Positions 26,843 through 42,979 of a stretch of 64,000 nt of DNA are shown one piece after another. Under the pieces are notes generated by a model that saw only the letters and a list, made by a program, of their open reading frames with translations, ran no database searches and had not been told where the DNA came from. A program made the translations under genes and the position numbers. Numbering within the stretch: the stretch's first letter is position 1; each line of letters opens with the position of its first letter. This DNA is from Chrysomallon squamiferum. Its lineage: Eukaryota > Animalia > Mollusca. The stretch is from positions 8,928,001-8,992,000 of the forward strand of contig CM022674.1 in assembly GCA_012295275.1 (NCBI GenBank), given 5' to 3'.

Positions 26843-27013
26843 TGTATTAATATCTTACAATTTAAAACACTGGTGATGCATCTAACAGATTCTATAAACA
26901 ATTTACACAAAACAAACCTGTTTGAATGCTCTGTCTTGAGTGTAATGTGATGTAAACTTCATTAAAGAATTGCTGGCACCACATTCTCCATCAACCAAAT
27001 TTCTTGCTGCCAT
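19518..27013 (-). CDS. PEX5: Peroxisomal targeting signal 1 receptor, 16 coding exons, 609 aa: 27013-26918, 26720-26685, 26077-26042, 25769-25646, 25303-25129, 24996-24861, 23572-23453, 23150-23038, 22634-22571, 22168-22025, 21589-21519, 21269-21084, 20959-20878, 20600-20514, 20188-20031, 19719-19518
   Basis: The N-terminus [18 protein letters not shown] has the conserved Cys11. It also has [22 protein letters not shown], eight WxxxF/Y motifs, the PEX7-binding-like [19 protein letters not shown] and TPRs such as [60 protein letters not shown]. All introns are GT-AG, and the exons total 1830 nt in frame. Confidence 0.97.
22249..24300. repeat. Diverged ~260-325 bp direct repeat with copies in two PEX5 introns (22249-22510 and 23976-24300)
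   Basis: Colinear shared blocks: TGTGTAACAGA..AAAGGAA..CAAAAGA, ACAAATTTAAATAAT, AAACTTAGT.ATTTATATTTAAA, TCAAATGC...TAACA..ACTGCTGAA.TGACA and GGAATAATAA. Confidence 0.8.
26287..26550. mobile_element. hAT-like MITE (264 bp) in a PEX5 intron
   Basis: Termini CACTGGTGTGCAGA and TCTGCATGCCACTG form an imperfect TIR (CAGTGGCGTGCAGA-like). The flanks CTACTGAG and CCAGTGAG are a 6/8 match, consistent with an aged 8-bp target-site duplication. The element is GC-richer than the intron. Confidence 0.72.
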
Positions 27014-27751
27014 TTCTTTTCCAAGTCTTTCTTTCAATCTGATATAAATTATTAAAACGAATTATACAAACGACCATAAATGTAAGAAAAGAAAGGTACC
27101 CTAAACGTTTTTATCCAACTGTTATAATTTATACTTTACTTCTAGACTATTATAGTCTATAATTTACTCTACAGTAACAGTATTAAAAATCAAGTTAATT
27201 TTTTTTTTTTACTTTCCTGTTTATATATTATGTTTACTATAAAGTATTTTTATTAATGTGCTTATGAATTATCTAAGAATTTGTTTGTTAGTCGAACCTC
27301 GACGTCAAAGTAAATATTTACAACCTGCAACTAATCCAACTTGAACTTTGATGAATTTTGTGAAATGATTAACATTTGTGACTTTGTCTTCAAATAAATT
27401 AATACATATTATTTACATTAAATGTCATGATACAAACATGATTACATATTACGAATGATATCCTCTGTTATTAAATATATTTTTATATCAGTCACTGCAG
27501 GTAAGGTCAATAAAAAAATAATAACACTATGATTACTTTATTTAATGTAGTTTAGTTAGCTTTACAACGAACTTCCACCAAAATCTGCTCCATCCGGTGA
27601 CCTTTACCTTCATCATAAAACATAGTTCCTAACTCTGTCTTGTGAAGGAACAAGTAGGAACTATCTCAGTTCGATTAAAGAAATGACTGTAATCATATAC
27701 ATGTTTTAAATAGACTTAAAAATTACTGTTTTGAGAGAGGCGTGCAGACAG

Positions 27752-27754
<3 letters not shown>

Positions 27755-27788
<34 letters not shown>

Positions 27789-27840
27789 CAGTTAAACATG
27801 ACCAAACCATTGATTATTATTATTATTATTATTATTATTT
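27755..27840. repeat. (AG)n and (TAT)n microsatellites
   Basis: Visible runs. Confidence 0.9.
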
Positions 27841-28219
27841 AATGGATATTATAAAATATTACTGTATTAATTTTTTTTTTTTTTTTTTAAATAATAACAT
27901 AAATTGAAAAGAATGCAAATAATTAAGTATTGCTAAATGTTAATGTTATAGAGTATATAAAGGAAAAGAAGATTTAAAATAATAATAATAATAATAATAA
28001 TTTAAACAAAATCACAGCACAAAGTACATGTTAGTTGAATAAATATATCATTTCTGTATTTGGAACATCATATTTGTAATAATTATTTTTTAAAAAAACT
28101 GGCTGATCGAAAAATAAACTGAGTTTGATTGTGGAAGATTTGAAATTTAGTGGCACGTCCACACTATCCTGAAATATCTCAGCAATTTGCAGATTGGGGT
28201 TGACATTTTATCACCACAC

Positions 28220-28227
28220 AAAATAAA

Positions 28228-28307
<80 letters not shown>
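28220..28307. repeat. (AAAT)n-(AAT)n microsatellite
   Basis: Visible run; it explains the poly-Leu pseudo-ORF 28211..28399. Confidence 0.92.
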
Positions 28308-28309
<2 letters not shown>

Positions 28310-28735
28310 TTTAATAAAATAAAATAATTTAAAAATTAATAAATAAAATAAATAAAATAATATTTTATAATTAAATGAATGAAATAATTTTAAAACCACC
28401 TCAAAAACAAAACAAACAACATTTTTGACAATTTGTCTTTGAAATTTTTTTTATAAATTGAAACTAACATTTACATATAAATAATTTAACTGCCATATAT
28501 GTTTCAATGCATAAAATGGGAAATACTTATGGTTATCGATAAATTAAAAAACAGGGGGTAGGCCAATGTGATAAAACAAATATTGTTCTGTGTTAGGCGG
28601 AATAATACATTTGTTTACTACGCCATCTATAGTTGTCTGTTTCCTCTTTTCTCCATATTGGATTCTTGACAGGTTTGCTTCGGTGGAAACGAATAGTGTT
28701 GTCACTTCCTCAGTTATTTTATACTTATTTCTATT

Positions 28736-31241
<2,506 letters not shown>

Positions 31242-34200
31242 TGTTCTAGTCATTCCATAAAAAAACTCCACCATACAGATTTTACAGTTTAGCAAAAGTC
31301 ATCTCAGTAATGTTCCTGAGTAGACTAATGTGTCATTACAGGTTATAAAAACTGCAGTATCCCAGGATGACCACCTGTTACAAACAGAAGCACAACAGCA
31401 CAAATTAAATTGTAATAGAATATTCTTTTGGATTAGTTTATTAAACTCTGTGCTTATATGTAGACATTAAGAGACTGGGTTCTAAACTTAAGTATTTTTA
31501 TACTCAAAGATTATTAAATTACTGAAGGCTTCTTTGTTATTTCAAGGTAGGACATTCTGAACACTGCTGTCAAGTTTATGTTGTTACTGTTTATAGAAGA
31601 TAGTGGGTTTTTTGTACTTTTTTTTTAATGAATGAAAAATGTTGTACAGATAATTTTAATAAAGTAATTTCATAAATTATTAAGAATGCATATTGATAGT
31701 ATTAAAGAAAACAAAAACAATATCAATTAGGTTAAATTCTTTTTTTTAATTTAAAAAAAACAAACTAATATTGCTCAGTAAAAATACATTGTTTTATTTT
31801 TCTAAACAGTTTTAAAAGAATGTTTAAATCACTGAAGCTTTTACACATTTTTGTTTCTATCTTTCTGTTGTACTAAAAATATAAACCAGCATAAAAGTGT
31901 AGTAAATACCAAAACCCTATCGAGTTCTTTGTGCACCTTACTTTTATTTTCATTTTTCTCTGATGGATGACAAAATAATATTTTATTTAAATAAAAACAA
32001 AGATTTTCATTATTTTATTAATTAATAGAGAGTATTTTTAATGAATTTCCTTTTTCTTCTGTTTTTTTAAGTTGCAATTATTTGGAAATATATGAGACTA
32101 GTTTAAAATTATTTTTATTAATAGAGTTTATTATGGAATTTGGCAGATAGTGAAGGCAGTAGTTTTTTAAGTAAGATAGTTGATAATTAATCTTTTTGTT
32201 TTAAATTTAAAGTTTGGTAAAAGTACAAAAATTAATTTTGAATCCTGTTCACATCTACCATAAAATTTTGGTATTTTTGCCAAAGTGGGATGCATTTATA
32301 TAAAATCAGTGAATTTTTATCATTTAATTTTTTCATTTGAGAATGTTATTTATAATTTATTCATTTTGTATTTTAATTTTCATTTTGAGTGTATGTGTGT
32401 GCGCTATTTTTTAAAATTATTTTCACATGAGTATGTTTTTCAGTTTTTATTTTGTTCACAAATTAATCTTTATCTCAGATATACATTTATAAACAAGTAA
32501 AACTGTATATTGTTTATAAAAATAATTTTTGTTTATTTGTTATTTATTATTTTTAGAAAATTGTGCCATTATAAATGTGCCTAAAACTTGTTTAACAGGC
32601 TGAATAACTGCAACAGTAAATGAATGACTAAATAAGAACTGTCTTAGCTTTGATATGGTCACCAAAATGTTTTGTTCAGCTACATTGCTTGTTGTGTAGT
32701 GATGTTATCTGATTGTGAAGATTTTGCTTTAGAAAAAGAATGTGCAATTATTTGCTTTTGACTTTCATTAGTTCTTTTTATATTTTTTACTTATTATAAT
32801 ATATTATAGAAATTCCTTCTGTTGCAACATTAGGATTAAAGATGTTTCAGTTTTATTTTCATTGTAGTAAAAGACATACTATTTTTTTATTGCCAAGGTT
32901 TTAAAAAACAAATATTTTTGTTTAAATGTATTTACTAAATGTTTGAATGTGATTCTTATCTTTCTCTTGAATTTTTTCAGGTAAAATCTTGATTGCTAAC
33001 TTTTATTATAAGTTTGATGCCTGTTGCTTATAAATGATCAGCATCTTTTTTCGTAATTTAACAACTGAAATATCAGTCTATATTTCTTGTATATAAATGT
33101 TTATTTAATAAGATTAAAAAACCTCCAATTTGGTAATAGGAACTTCTTTATTTGTATTTTCATTGTATACAAATATTTTCAGAAAAAACAGCATCCTTTT
33201 TTCTTAGCAAATCAAACATTTGTATTATATTTTGATGCACCATATCAGTATAGATATGTTCTAATGTAATTATTGAAATTAATGCACAGAGATACCATAT
33301 TTATTTCTTAATGTGGACAGACTTAACAGAATTTACTTGATACCTGAATGTGGATGTCCACAACAGAATTATTTTTTATCTGATCTTGTATGCATAGTTG
33401 AGAACTATAATAGCTTAAATGTGTCCCGTGTTCATGCACCCAGTTTTTTTATTTATTAATGTTGGGTACCAAGAAACTTTTCTCTCATCTTATAGTTAGC
33501 AACAAAAGTGACATTTATAAAATAAGAAACTGTTCAAGAACTTTATGAAAAATATGGATCCAGCAGTCAAAAGTGTCCTTATTAAATATCCAATAGGTTT
33601 ATTTAACTTCACTGGTTGAGGTTATTATTAAAGTGCACTGATATCACATTAAGATATTTCACTAAATCTTTATAATTATTTAAACAAAAATATTACAGTC
33701 GCAGTTTAAGGAAAAGTTTATTGAGTTGGTTGTTGTATATAGTGAGTCTGTTTATAGATTTATCATTAGCACTTGCACATTTTGTTCCAAGGCTAATATT
33801 CTTAAATATTTATTTTTAAATTTATGTATTTTTTATGACAAATGCAACTAATAAATCCTACCTTTTATTAGACAAGAAATTACAGACAATTCTGTTTCCT
33901 AGGGCATGTTTCTAATTATATAGAAATTAAAATCACTTCATTTGGATAATGGAATTTTTTCAATGGATACAGATGTGAAATTCATATTTTATTATTAAAA
34001 TATCAGTTTTATGTAGTCTTAATGAAAACAAAATGTCAAATCTAATTATTTAAAATATATATATATATATATTTCTTTGAATGAAAATATTAAAAATAAA
34101 GGCTTGTAAGCGAAAGTAAAATTCACAATAAATAATCAGATATTTTATAAAGTGGTTTAAACTGCAGAAAGTTTAAATTAAAATGTTATGAGATTGAATA

Positions 34201-34769
34201 AAAATAAATATATAAAATGTATTAAAAAAAAAAGATTTCCATTATTTATTTGAGATTTTTAAATACTTAGAAAAAAGTATATAAAAATAACAGCAACAAT
34301 AATAACAGCTGTATTTAATGTTGCTTGAATAACTTCTAATGATGCCATATGTATAAACATTCCATTATATAATTTATTATTTTGTACATATTTATGTAGT
34401 GATTTGATTTTTTTTGTATTAGGTATTGTAAGTAAAAACAACAACAGATGATTAGTCCGTCCAGAACATTTAACTACTGTTTTGCAAAGGCTTGAATTAA
34501 ATGTAATGAATTATTATTTCTTTTTTTTGTTTTGTTTTTAATTCATGATTAATCAAATTAGTTTGAAAAATTCACCAATTTCCTTTACTCCAAAACCTTC
34601 AGTGCTGTTTATTATTAAATATACTTTTGGCACTTTTTTCTTCTACTTTTTGTTTGTTTTGGAATGGGTCTGTTGTATGGGTAGTATGAATGCAGCTAGT
34701 TGTAAGTTCACATCAAACTGTAATTGTGCACGTGCCTAAGCAGGTCATTGTTTTGAAACATCATAGCAC

Positions 34770-35015
34770 ACAAGCATGCAGAGATAACATGCCCCCTTCT
34801 CACAAGGCAGCTAACCCTTGTTTAGAAATATAATAGAATCAGGCCTCAACTGGCTATATTCACCAAAGCTTATCCAAACCATCAGAGTTTTTCAATGCCA
34901 TCTTAGCCATCACAGATAGAAACCCAAGATTACAGTCTTCAGGAATTGGAGGCAACTTGGTTTGTATATGGCATCAGATACCTCCAGCCTCCATTGGAAG
35001 GATCATCTGATCCGT
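34770..35015 (+). mobile_element. Decayed Tc1-type transposase C-terminal fragment
   Basis: Frameshifted remnants appear in the expected order: a QxDN..PH-like segment (~34780), a W..SP.L..IE-like segment (~34850-34885), then SLQELEA/LVCIWHQIPPASIGRII*SV, resembling the Tc1 tail LxELxxALxxxWxxIPxxxIxRLIxSM. Confidence 0.6.
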
Positions 35016-36452
35016 GAAACATCAAATTTTCATGATATAGAGACTGAACAGAATTTGAACAATATGATTTGGGTTTGTGCTGCATTTTCTGTGGCTGTCA
35101 CTGTATTTAAATGTTTCTTTTATAGTTTATTCACTTTCACATTTTTTAAAGTTTGAAATTAAAACTAGAAATATATTAAAATTAATATAACATGCACATA
35201 TGCTTGAATATGAGAATCATTTTTAATTTGAAATATAAAATCATTTTTAATTGACAAAATATGATTATGGTTGAGTTTTCCATTGATAAAAGCTTTATAT
35301 TCTTCTAATGTGAAAGTTTAGATATGTCGCTTTTTTTGTTTTACAAACTAGTAGTTTACTTAAATTCAAAATTAAAATAATAAAAACCCTATAAAATAGC
35401 TTCTCTCAGTGGCAATACTAATATATGAATTTTATATATGTATAATATTCTTTTTGTTGAAATGGTAAATTACTTTTATGCTTAAGATGTGTTCTCCTAT
35501 TTATTCTGAATCAAAGTTTCATTCTGAGCCAATATTGTTCTTTATTGTTTATAAAAATGCACCCAAAACCAAAAAACAACAATAGATACAGATACATAAA
35601 ATAGTTAGATTGTCTTAATAGCCTTTGAAATCAGAAGACTGATAAAAGCTCAAGAACAAAAATTCAGATGATGACTAAAAATTTATAATATTGAACTTCT
35701 TATTTCATATTAAAAAATAGATTACAATAAAACAAATTAGACCTTTATTGTTGAAAGTCATAAAAAATGTATCGTACTTACTTTTAATCACCTATATAAA
35801 TACATCTAGTCCAGTATGTGTACTGTAAATAGGTAGGTTTTCACAATGGACTTTTACTGCAGTTTGTGCAATGACCTGTAACTGATGGCTTCTCAGGTTT
35901 TGTATAACTTGTGGCTTGTATTATAAGAGGTGGTGTGTGTATGTCTAATAATAATTTTGTCTCCCACAACATCTTACAAAGTTATTAACAAGCTATAAGA
36001 ACAGCTCAGCTGCTTTCATTTAGAATGCATTTTGTACAAGAAAAGGTTTTGGTATTTATTATTTTATTTTTTGTTAATGGAATTTTAATTGGTGGTGTGG
36101 CTGCAGCTGTTTATTGCATTGATTGTTTTATACAGATACTGAGATAGGTAAATTTCTTATTACATTCACAAGTCAGAACTGTTTAGTTTACATGACTTAT
36201 ATATTGTACATATTTTAATTACAAGGTACATAATTGTTTTAATACCGAAAAAACAAAAACAAGAATCTATACAAACACAGTGGACTACTACATTAATAAC
36301 ACATGCACTCATGAAACCTGTTTAGAATGCTAACTTGTCAGTTATGGTACATCCACCCATTTGGCTAAACAGAATGGTTGTCTACTGAAGCATTGATGTG
36401 TCACTGGATGAACAAGAATAAGAACGACAGGCAGCAGGTAAAACACTGGTTT

Positions 36453-36701
36453 ACATTTAAGCTTAATGGTTAGAAATGTACAACATGACATACACAGTTA
36501 AGGGCAATGTGATAATGCTTACACACATATAAAATGAGCATTATAATTTTAAATATATTTCTTGTTACCTGTATGATATAGGTAACAAGAAATATATTTG
36601 AAATTATAATGCTCATTTTATATGTAAATGTCTGAGCATTATCACATCGCCCTTATCTGTGTATGTCATGTTGTACATTTCTAACCATTAAGCTTAAATG
36701 T
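36453..36701. repeat. Long near-perfect inverted repeat (palindrome), arms ~120 bp, almost no spacer, centre ~36575
   Basis: ACATTTAAGCTTAATGGTTAGAAATGTACAACATGACATACACAG...TTGTTACCT pairs with AGGTAACAA...CTGTGTATGTCATGTTGTACATTTCTAACCATTAAGCTTAAATGT, with a handful of substitutions and one ~3-nt indel. Confidence 0.96.
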
Positions 36702-37262
36702 TTGGTATGTTATTAAATCTTTAAAAGGTAAAGTAAAAGAAAAACAAAAATGTGATGTAGCCAGATAGTTTACTTTGTAATTATATTAATACTCAAATAT
36801 ATAATCTCACATAGCAGACCTCAGTTTTATGGATAAGAAGTTCTTTTAAGTAACAAGATCTAAAACTAAATTCTTATTATTTGTATTATTTGTACTATTT
36901 TACAAATTTTGTATTTATTTATAAAATATTTCTAAACAGTATTTGAGATAAAATATATGAGGTTGTTTTGTGTTTTCATAATAAACAGCCTAACAATGTG
37001 TATATTTATGATTGTATTATTTGTTGCTAATCCAAGGGATTATGCTTTTATTCTTAAAACTGTGAGTTGTATTTATTTATTTGGCAAAAGAAGTAAGTAT
37101 TTTATTCTTAAAACTACATACAGCTGCATATATTTATTATTTTGTACAAGAGAGTATGATAATGTTTATATATACCAAACAAAAACATATAAATTTGTGT
37201 TTAATTTACAGTATTGACATTTATTCTTTGTTGTTCTTGTAGATTTAATAGAATATTTAATT

Positions 37263-38019
37263 ATGTTTCAGCTTTCAGAACTTGGATATTACAGACAAAG
37301 CCAAAAAATGAAGATTATCAAATATTTTGTTACTCGAAATGTTTCTCGAACTGCTTGTTACCGACTCAGACTTCTAACTCTTATTGCAGTGATTGTATTA
37401 TTTATTATGTATCTGCATTTAATACTGTTACCTAGCAGCATGGGTTACTATAATGACCAGTGTCAACTCAGCAATCAAGAAAAAGAAAATATGCGTTACC
37501 TGCTCCATCATGTTGCACGTGCTTTTGGAGAACTTAATGTCACTTACTGGATAGACTACGGCACCTTACTGGGAGCTGTGCGTGTTAAAGACATCTTACC
37601 ACATGATGGAGATGTGGACATAGGCAGACTTATGTACACATTAAAACAAGATGAAGAAATGGAAAGCAACTTTACAGCCAAAATGTCTGATGTTGGTATC
37701 CTAGCAAATGCCATGACAGCAAAGTATCGTACAGCACAAGCTGATTTATTTAGGTGGAAAATATTTAAAAATATTTCTTATGAACAAAAGGTTTTAGTAA
37801 AATGGTATCCTTTTGTACCATATGAAAGTTTATTTGAGAAAAGTTATAATTATTTTTTTCACCACACTGATACCTATTGAAGTTATTGTTCCACCAAGGC
37901 AGATATCTGTAGGTGGAATCTTTGTGAATGGTCCTAACAAGCCTCGAGATTTGCTGAAAATAAGATACCCATTCACATGGTATTTAAACTTTCCTTATAA
38001 ATGGAAATGCTGGGTATAA
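37263..38019 (+). CDS. LicD/FKRP-fukutin family nucleotidyltransferase-fold type II membrane protein; single coding exon interrupted by a frameshift at ~37853-37877
   Basis: There is an N-terminal signal-anchor LLTLIAVIVLFIMYLHLILLP and the LicD signature YWIDYGTLLGAVRVKDILPHDGDVDIG. The first frame stops at 37880. The +1 frame continues PIEVIVPPRQISVGGIFVNGPNKPRDLLKIRYPFTWYLNFPYKWKCWV*, matching the LicD C-terminal P...G....PN.P...L...Y pattern. A splice acceptor at 37242 precedes the ATG. Confidence 0.85.
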
Positions 38020-40149
38020 AAAATTAGGCTAATTCAGTGGTACTGTAATTAAGCTTTTGTCTTTATAATAGTTGGGAATATGAATTTAAAAAGAATTTTG
38101 CCATAACAACATGTAAACTAAACAATTTAATAATGATTAACTTACATATCTCATGGACAATATCAGCATCAGAGAAAAAATCCCCCCCCAAAAACCCAAA
38201 ACAAACCCATCAAACAAAAAGCATTGACATTCTGGGCATATATCGATTGACCATCTGATGACCACCTGTATATCAGCAGGTGGGCAGTGATTGGATTTCT
38301 GTTAAAATACTTTATAAAGAGATTTTCTCTGATGTCCTCTGATGCATTTCAAGCACCACTGGTTTGTATAGTGATTCCCACTGTCGGCTACAGACATTCA
38401 TTTCTTAATTATGATGATTAATTCTAAACATGACATTTTATTTGCATGTGTATGTTTGTGTTGTATTTATTGAGTACATGTGTTTGTAAAGCCTATATCT
38501 TGTGAATGTAAAACACAAGCCTACTATGAGTTTTACCAAGCTTGTCTATTAAAATTTACAAGTTGTTATTTTGTTGTTTCTTTTTAATTTCTTTTAATTT
38601 TTGCATAATTTTCCAGTCACTAATTTCAATTTGTATTCATTATTATTATTGTTATTGTTATTATTTCTATTATTATTGGTGTTGTTGTTGAATATATAAT
38701 ACATTTTAAATTTATTGTATAATGTGTAGTATGCATGCTTTTTTTATCAGTGACTGTAACATCATGAATTCCTATTAAGAGGAGACAACTGTTGATTTTT
38801 ATTTATGTATTCAATAAAAATAATTTATTTACAAATTATGAAAATTAAAACAACAAAAAAAAAAACCCACTGAAAATATTCTAACATTAACCTCTTACAC
38901 ACACACAATACACAAACACCACCCACTTTAATGCTGTAAAAAAAAAAAAAAATTATTTATTCATACACTAAATAAAACAGAAATATTTTGTTATTTATTT
39001 ATATTGTTTAAATAGAAATATAAAATATAAAGTATTTCATTAACTGGTATTTACAAGCCTGCTATAATTACATTTTGTGCAGATAACAAGCAATATTTGA
39101 CTATAAACAGGATCCAAATTTAAGTGGTGTTACAAAAGTAAATGTGATTTGATTACATATTGTTATAAACTTTATAATGTGAGCCAAAAACAGCAGCTGC
39201 TATGCTTTGGGCTGGTTTTTGTCAGCATGTTTTAGGTATTTCTTCCTAGAATGTTCCATTGCTTTGAAAAATGCATCACTGAACAATACTGGCTATTGGT
39301 CACAATTACCTCATTATGTATTTTGTGGCATATAATGCATGTTTGTATATGTATATATAGTGGATATGATTAAGTATGTTTATATTTCATGTATTTGTAT
39401 GTATGTGTATATAGGTTATAAAGGTGCTTACATAGGAATGTATTTATGCAACATTACCATACTAGATTATTTTAGCTGTGTAGTACATATACACAAACAC
39501 ACATATAAGATATACACAATACTTAGACATGTATGTATGTATGTATTTTAGGATTTGAACATTCTCTGTCTTATGTACGTCTGATTAGACTCTGCACATA
39601 GACAATACTTGGGAACGCACTGGTGCAGGAGGACAAAGTCCAATCATGACTTCACAAACCCCCATCTGATGCCGCTGATGAGGCTCAGTGTATGACAACC
39701 ATTCAACCACACTCTGAAGGCAGACAATGTTACTGTTCTGCTATTGAGACAACCTTAAAAGAAGATGCTCAGTAACTGAGGGTAATCATCACTTCCCTGA
39801 AGCAAGCCATTCTTTTTTGTCCTTCCTCATTTTTGCATGCATCTATTTTTGTATAAATATATGAATATATGCATGTATGTATGTATGTATGTATGTGTGT
39901 ATATAGGTATGCATATATTTATGTTACATATATATATCACTGTATGTGTGTGTGTGTGTCGTATATATATATATATACACATAATACCATTTTTATATTA
40001 CTGTCTGTATTAGTAAGGCATTTGAATATGTGCATATGTATTGATGTTTATAAATATTTAAAGGCATATGTATATTGTACCATAACCTAATAGCTAATGT
40101 TGCACATTCATTTATATTTGATTAATTTTAGTATAAGCAAAAGAGTATG

Positions 40150-40153
40150 AATC

Positions 40154-40189
<36 letters not shown>

Positions 40190-40385
40190 TACAAGTGTGT
40201 GTTAACATGTAAGTGTTCTATGATTTAAGTGAATGAATGAGTTGGAAGATGTCGATACTTTTCAGTTATCAAAATACACACAAAGATATTATAATTCATA
40301 GAATTGTACTCTCTCTCTTTTTCTCTCTGTCTCTCTCTCTCTCACACACATGCACACACACTCACGAACATATATATATATATTT
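40150..40385. repeat. (GT)n, (CT)n, (CA)n and (TA)n microsatellite cluster
   Basis: Visible runs. Confidence 0.85.
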
Positions 40386-42914
40386 TTGTATAAATTATTA
40401 TTTACCAAAATAATCAATATCCATATCTGTAATGACCCTTTCCTTGAATTCATTGACATCCAAGGGCAGTACAGATCATGTTTTGAAATAATGACTGTAG
40501 TTCATACCAAATTTCACTGACAGAGATTAATGTTTTTTTATGTTTTCACAAAAGGTTGGAATACCATTATGTAGAATTGCTTCAGAGATATTCTACTTGT
40601 AACAATATTATTAACTCAAATATTTGTGTTTAAGTTTTATTTATTATAATTCGCTATACACTGTTTTTACCATTGTCAGACATAATTTTATCTCTGATTG
40701 CACATAACTTAATAATTTACACGTAGATGGAAATTAATTATCATTAAAACTCTGTCACTGTTAAATATTATTGAAGTAAAGATATTTAAATGAAAACCAC
40801 ATTGATTATACAGACAATTATGAAGTAAGAGATAACAATTTTGTGAAAATGTTAATTATTTCTATACAAAAAAGTTTACTCAAGAACAAGAACTCATTTT
40901 CATTAATCATTGTTTGTTAAACATTTGCTCAAAACACTTCAACTTATTTTGCAGATTAATTTACTTCTATATTTTCAGTTTCCTAAAATATATAAAAGTA
41001 ACCTATACAATAAAGAAATATCATTTGCGAAACAGTTTTCAGATTATATTACTTTTTCAGTAGTAATACAATTCATTTGTAAACATGGTCATTTTAAACT
41101 TGTCATTATTACTGTTTAGGTGATATTGGAGGTTTATTTTTCTAAAGTTATTTTTAAGTGATGTAAAATTAAAGACTTGGTCTGTTAAAACATTTTGATG
41201 TTCTACAGATTTTATCATCTCAGTTATGAATATATCATTATTTTTTCTTTACATATAACTGGAAAAAACAACAGCAACAAAACAAAACAAAACAAATAAA
41301 AACTAAAAGAACTAAAAAAAATAAAATAAAAAAATGAAAAAAAAATTAAATAACTAATAAATAAATAAATAAAAAGTAAAAAAATACAAAAATAAATACA
41401 AAAATAACCAAATCAAATGCGTAACCTGAAGTAACCTGTTTCTTTATTTTTCATTGTTTTGCTCTTTTCTTTTCTTCTTGTTTAGCTTTGCATTTACTTT
41501 TGCATTTACTTCTTTATGCATTTGTTATGAATAAAAAAAAAACTTTTTGTGTTTTAAATTTGATTAGAAAAGAGAAACGTTTATTTTATTAAAACAGTTC
41601 TCTTGCCATATATAAAATATTGAAATTATTTGCACTGGTAATCTTTTGAGCCCTAGCATATAGTTTCTTCTTGTTTTCAGCTAATGGTATATGTTAATTT
41701 GCTGTCATTTGATAAAGAATACAACTGCAAATAAAAGAGATTTAAAGAATATGAATGATCTATGTTTTTGGTCCATAAAATAAGACTTACAAATTCAAAT
41801 ATTTTCTAATTGTGTTGATATTTTGGTTACAAACTGAACGCATAAATTGTACATTTATATATTTATGTTTATGTGAAGATGTATTTGAAGATGGAAAGAT
41901 TTACTTTGGTTACAGGTTAATGCAATAACACAAATCTTATTGTTTTCTTATATAATCAGTCAAAACAGTTGACGTCAGTGCTTCGTTCTATTTGTGTTAA
42001 CCCACCTGAACACTGGCCTTTGTCACTTGTCACTGTCAGATAAAGTTTTAGATAACAGGACAAACTACACGAGGATGAAGAAACTAACGAGGAATATATT
42101 TACTTCAACAGTTCATCTATTAATAATATCCGTTTGTATTTGCTCTTGTTTATAATAAAGGAGTATTATCTAAGACCTACAATTTTTATTTGTTATTTGA
42201 TAATTTTATTAAAATCATTGTTTATATGGATTATTAACTCTATGATTAATTTTATCTTACTAATTTTTATAGACATGCTGATTTCAGATAGATTACTGAA
42301 GTTATAAACTACTGCAGGCTCTTTTGTTTGATGTTGTTCATCTTTGTTTTAATACGTCCAAAATTTATCTATTTATTTAATATTTAGAAATGCAGATGTC
42401 TTTCATTTTGGGGAAGAATCCTTTGTCTGAAAAATTATTGTGTTGTTTGTCACTGGCTAACAAACTTTCCTACATATAAATATGACTACAGCAGACTGCA
42501 TCCATTAACCAAAATGCTTGAAAAATAAAAGAAAGTGAGCATTATTTTTGTATGTGTGTGTGTGTACCCATAACATCACACTGAAGACAGAAGTGATAAT
42601 ACTGGAGCGGTAATTATTTGTTATCAAAACTTCGTCTTAACAGACTACTGTCTGTGTTTAACCAAAATGTACTATAAAATAGTTTTATTTAGTCTCTCGA
42701 TAAAACTTTAAAAATCATAATGTGTTAGCGAACTGCTAACTATTTTTTGAGTACCTGATTGTTTATTTAGACCTGATAATAATATTAATTCACCATAATA
42801 TTGTTTAAATATACTAAAATATTTATACATATATATTTATTTTTCAAATATAATGTCAAATATGTAAATCAGATAAAAATACAATTTTTCTAATGATTTT
42901 TCTCAAAATTGCTG

Positions 42915-42916
<2 letters not shown>

Positions 42917-42979
<63 letters not shown>
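42917..42979. repeat. (CT)n-(AT)n microsatellite
   Basis: Visible run. Confidence 0.92.

Larger units (their letters stand above)
27280..28735. promoter_or_regulatory. Divergent promoter region between PEX5 and PDE6D; probable non-coding PEX5 first exon with donor near 27608
   Basis: The ATGs are head-to-head, 1.7 kb apart. There are CpG clusters at ~27290-27750 and ~28530-28860, CCAAT at ~28563, CGCCAT (YY1-like) at 28621 and CACTTCC (ETS-like) at ~28703. Confidence 0.6.

Noticed and set aside
37805-37882. GTATCCTTTT inside the LicD ORF as a U12 donor that could repair the frameshift
   Set aside because: There is no CCTTAAC-like branch. Splicing to the AG at 37882 stays in the first frame and misses the conserved C-terminus. 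The motif is explained by the codons for WYPF.
37878-37937. Selenocysteine or stop read-through at the LicD UGA
   Set aside because: In-frame read-through gives a short unrelated peptide. The family-like C-terminus is in the +1 frame, and I recognised no SECIS.
38230-39800. GC-richer patches at ~38230-38400 and ~39560-39800 with faint Tc1-tail-like peptides (CISAGG, LGNALVQE)
   Set aside because: Probably old transposon debris, but too degraded to assign by eye.
41970-41977. Perfect CRE site TGACGTCA about 1.5 kb upstream of the adaptor promoter
   Set aside because: A single 8-mer with no supporting context.
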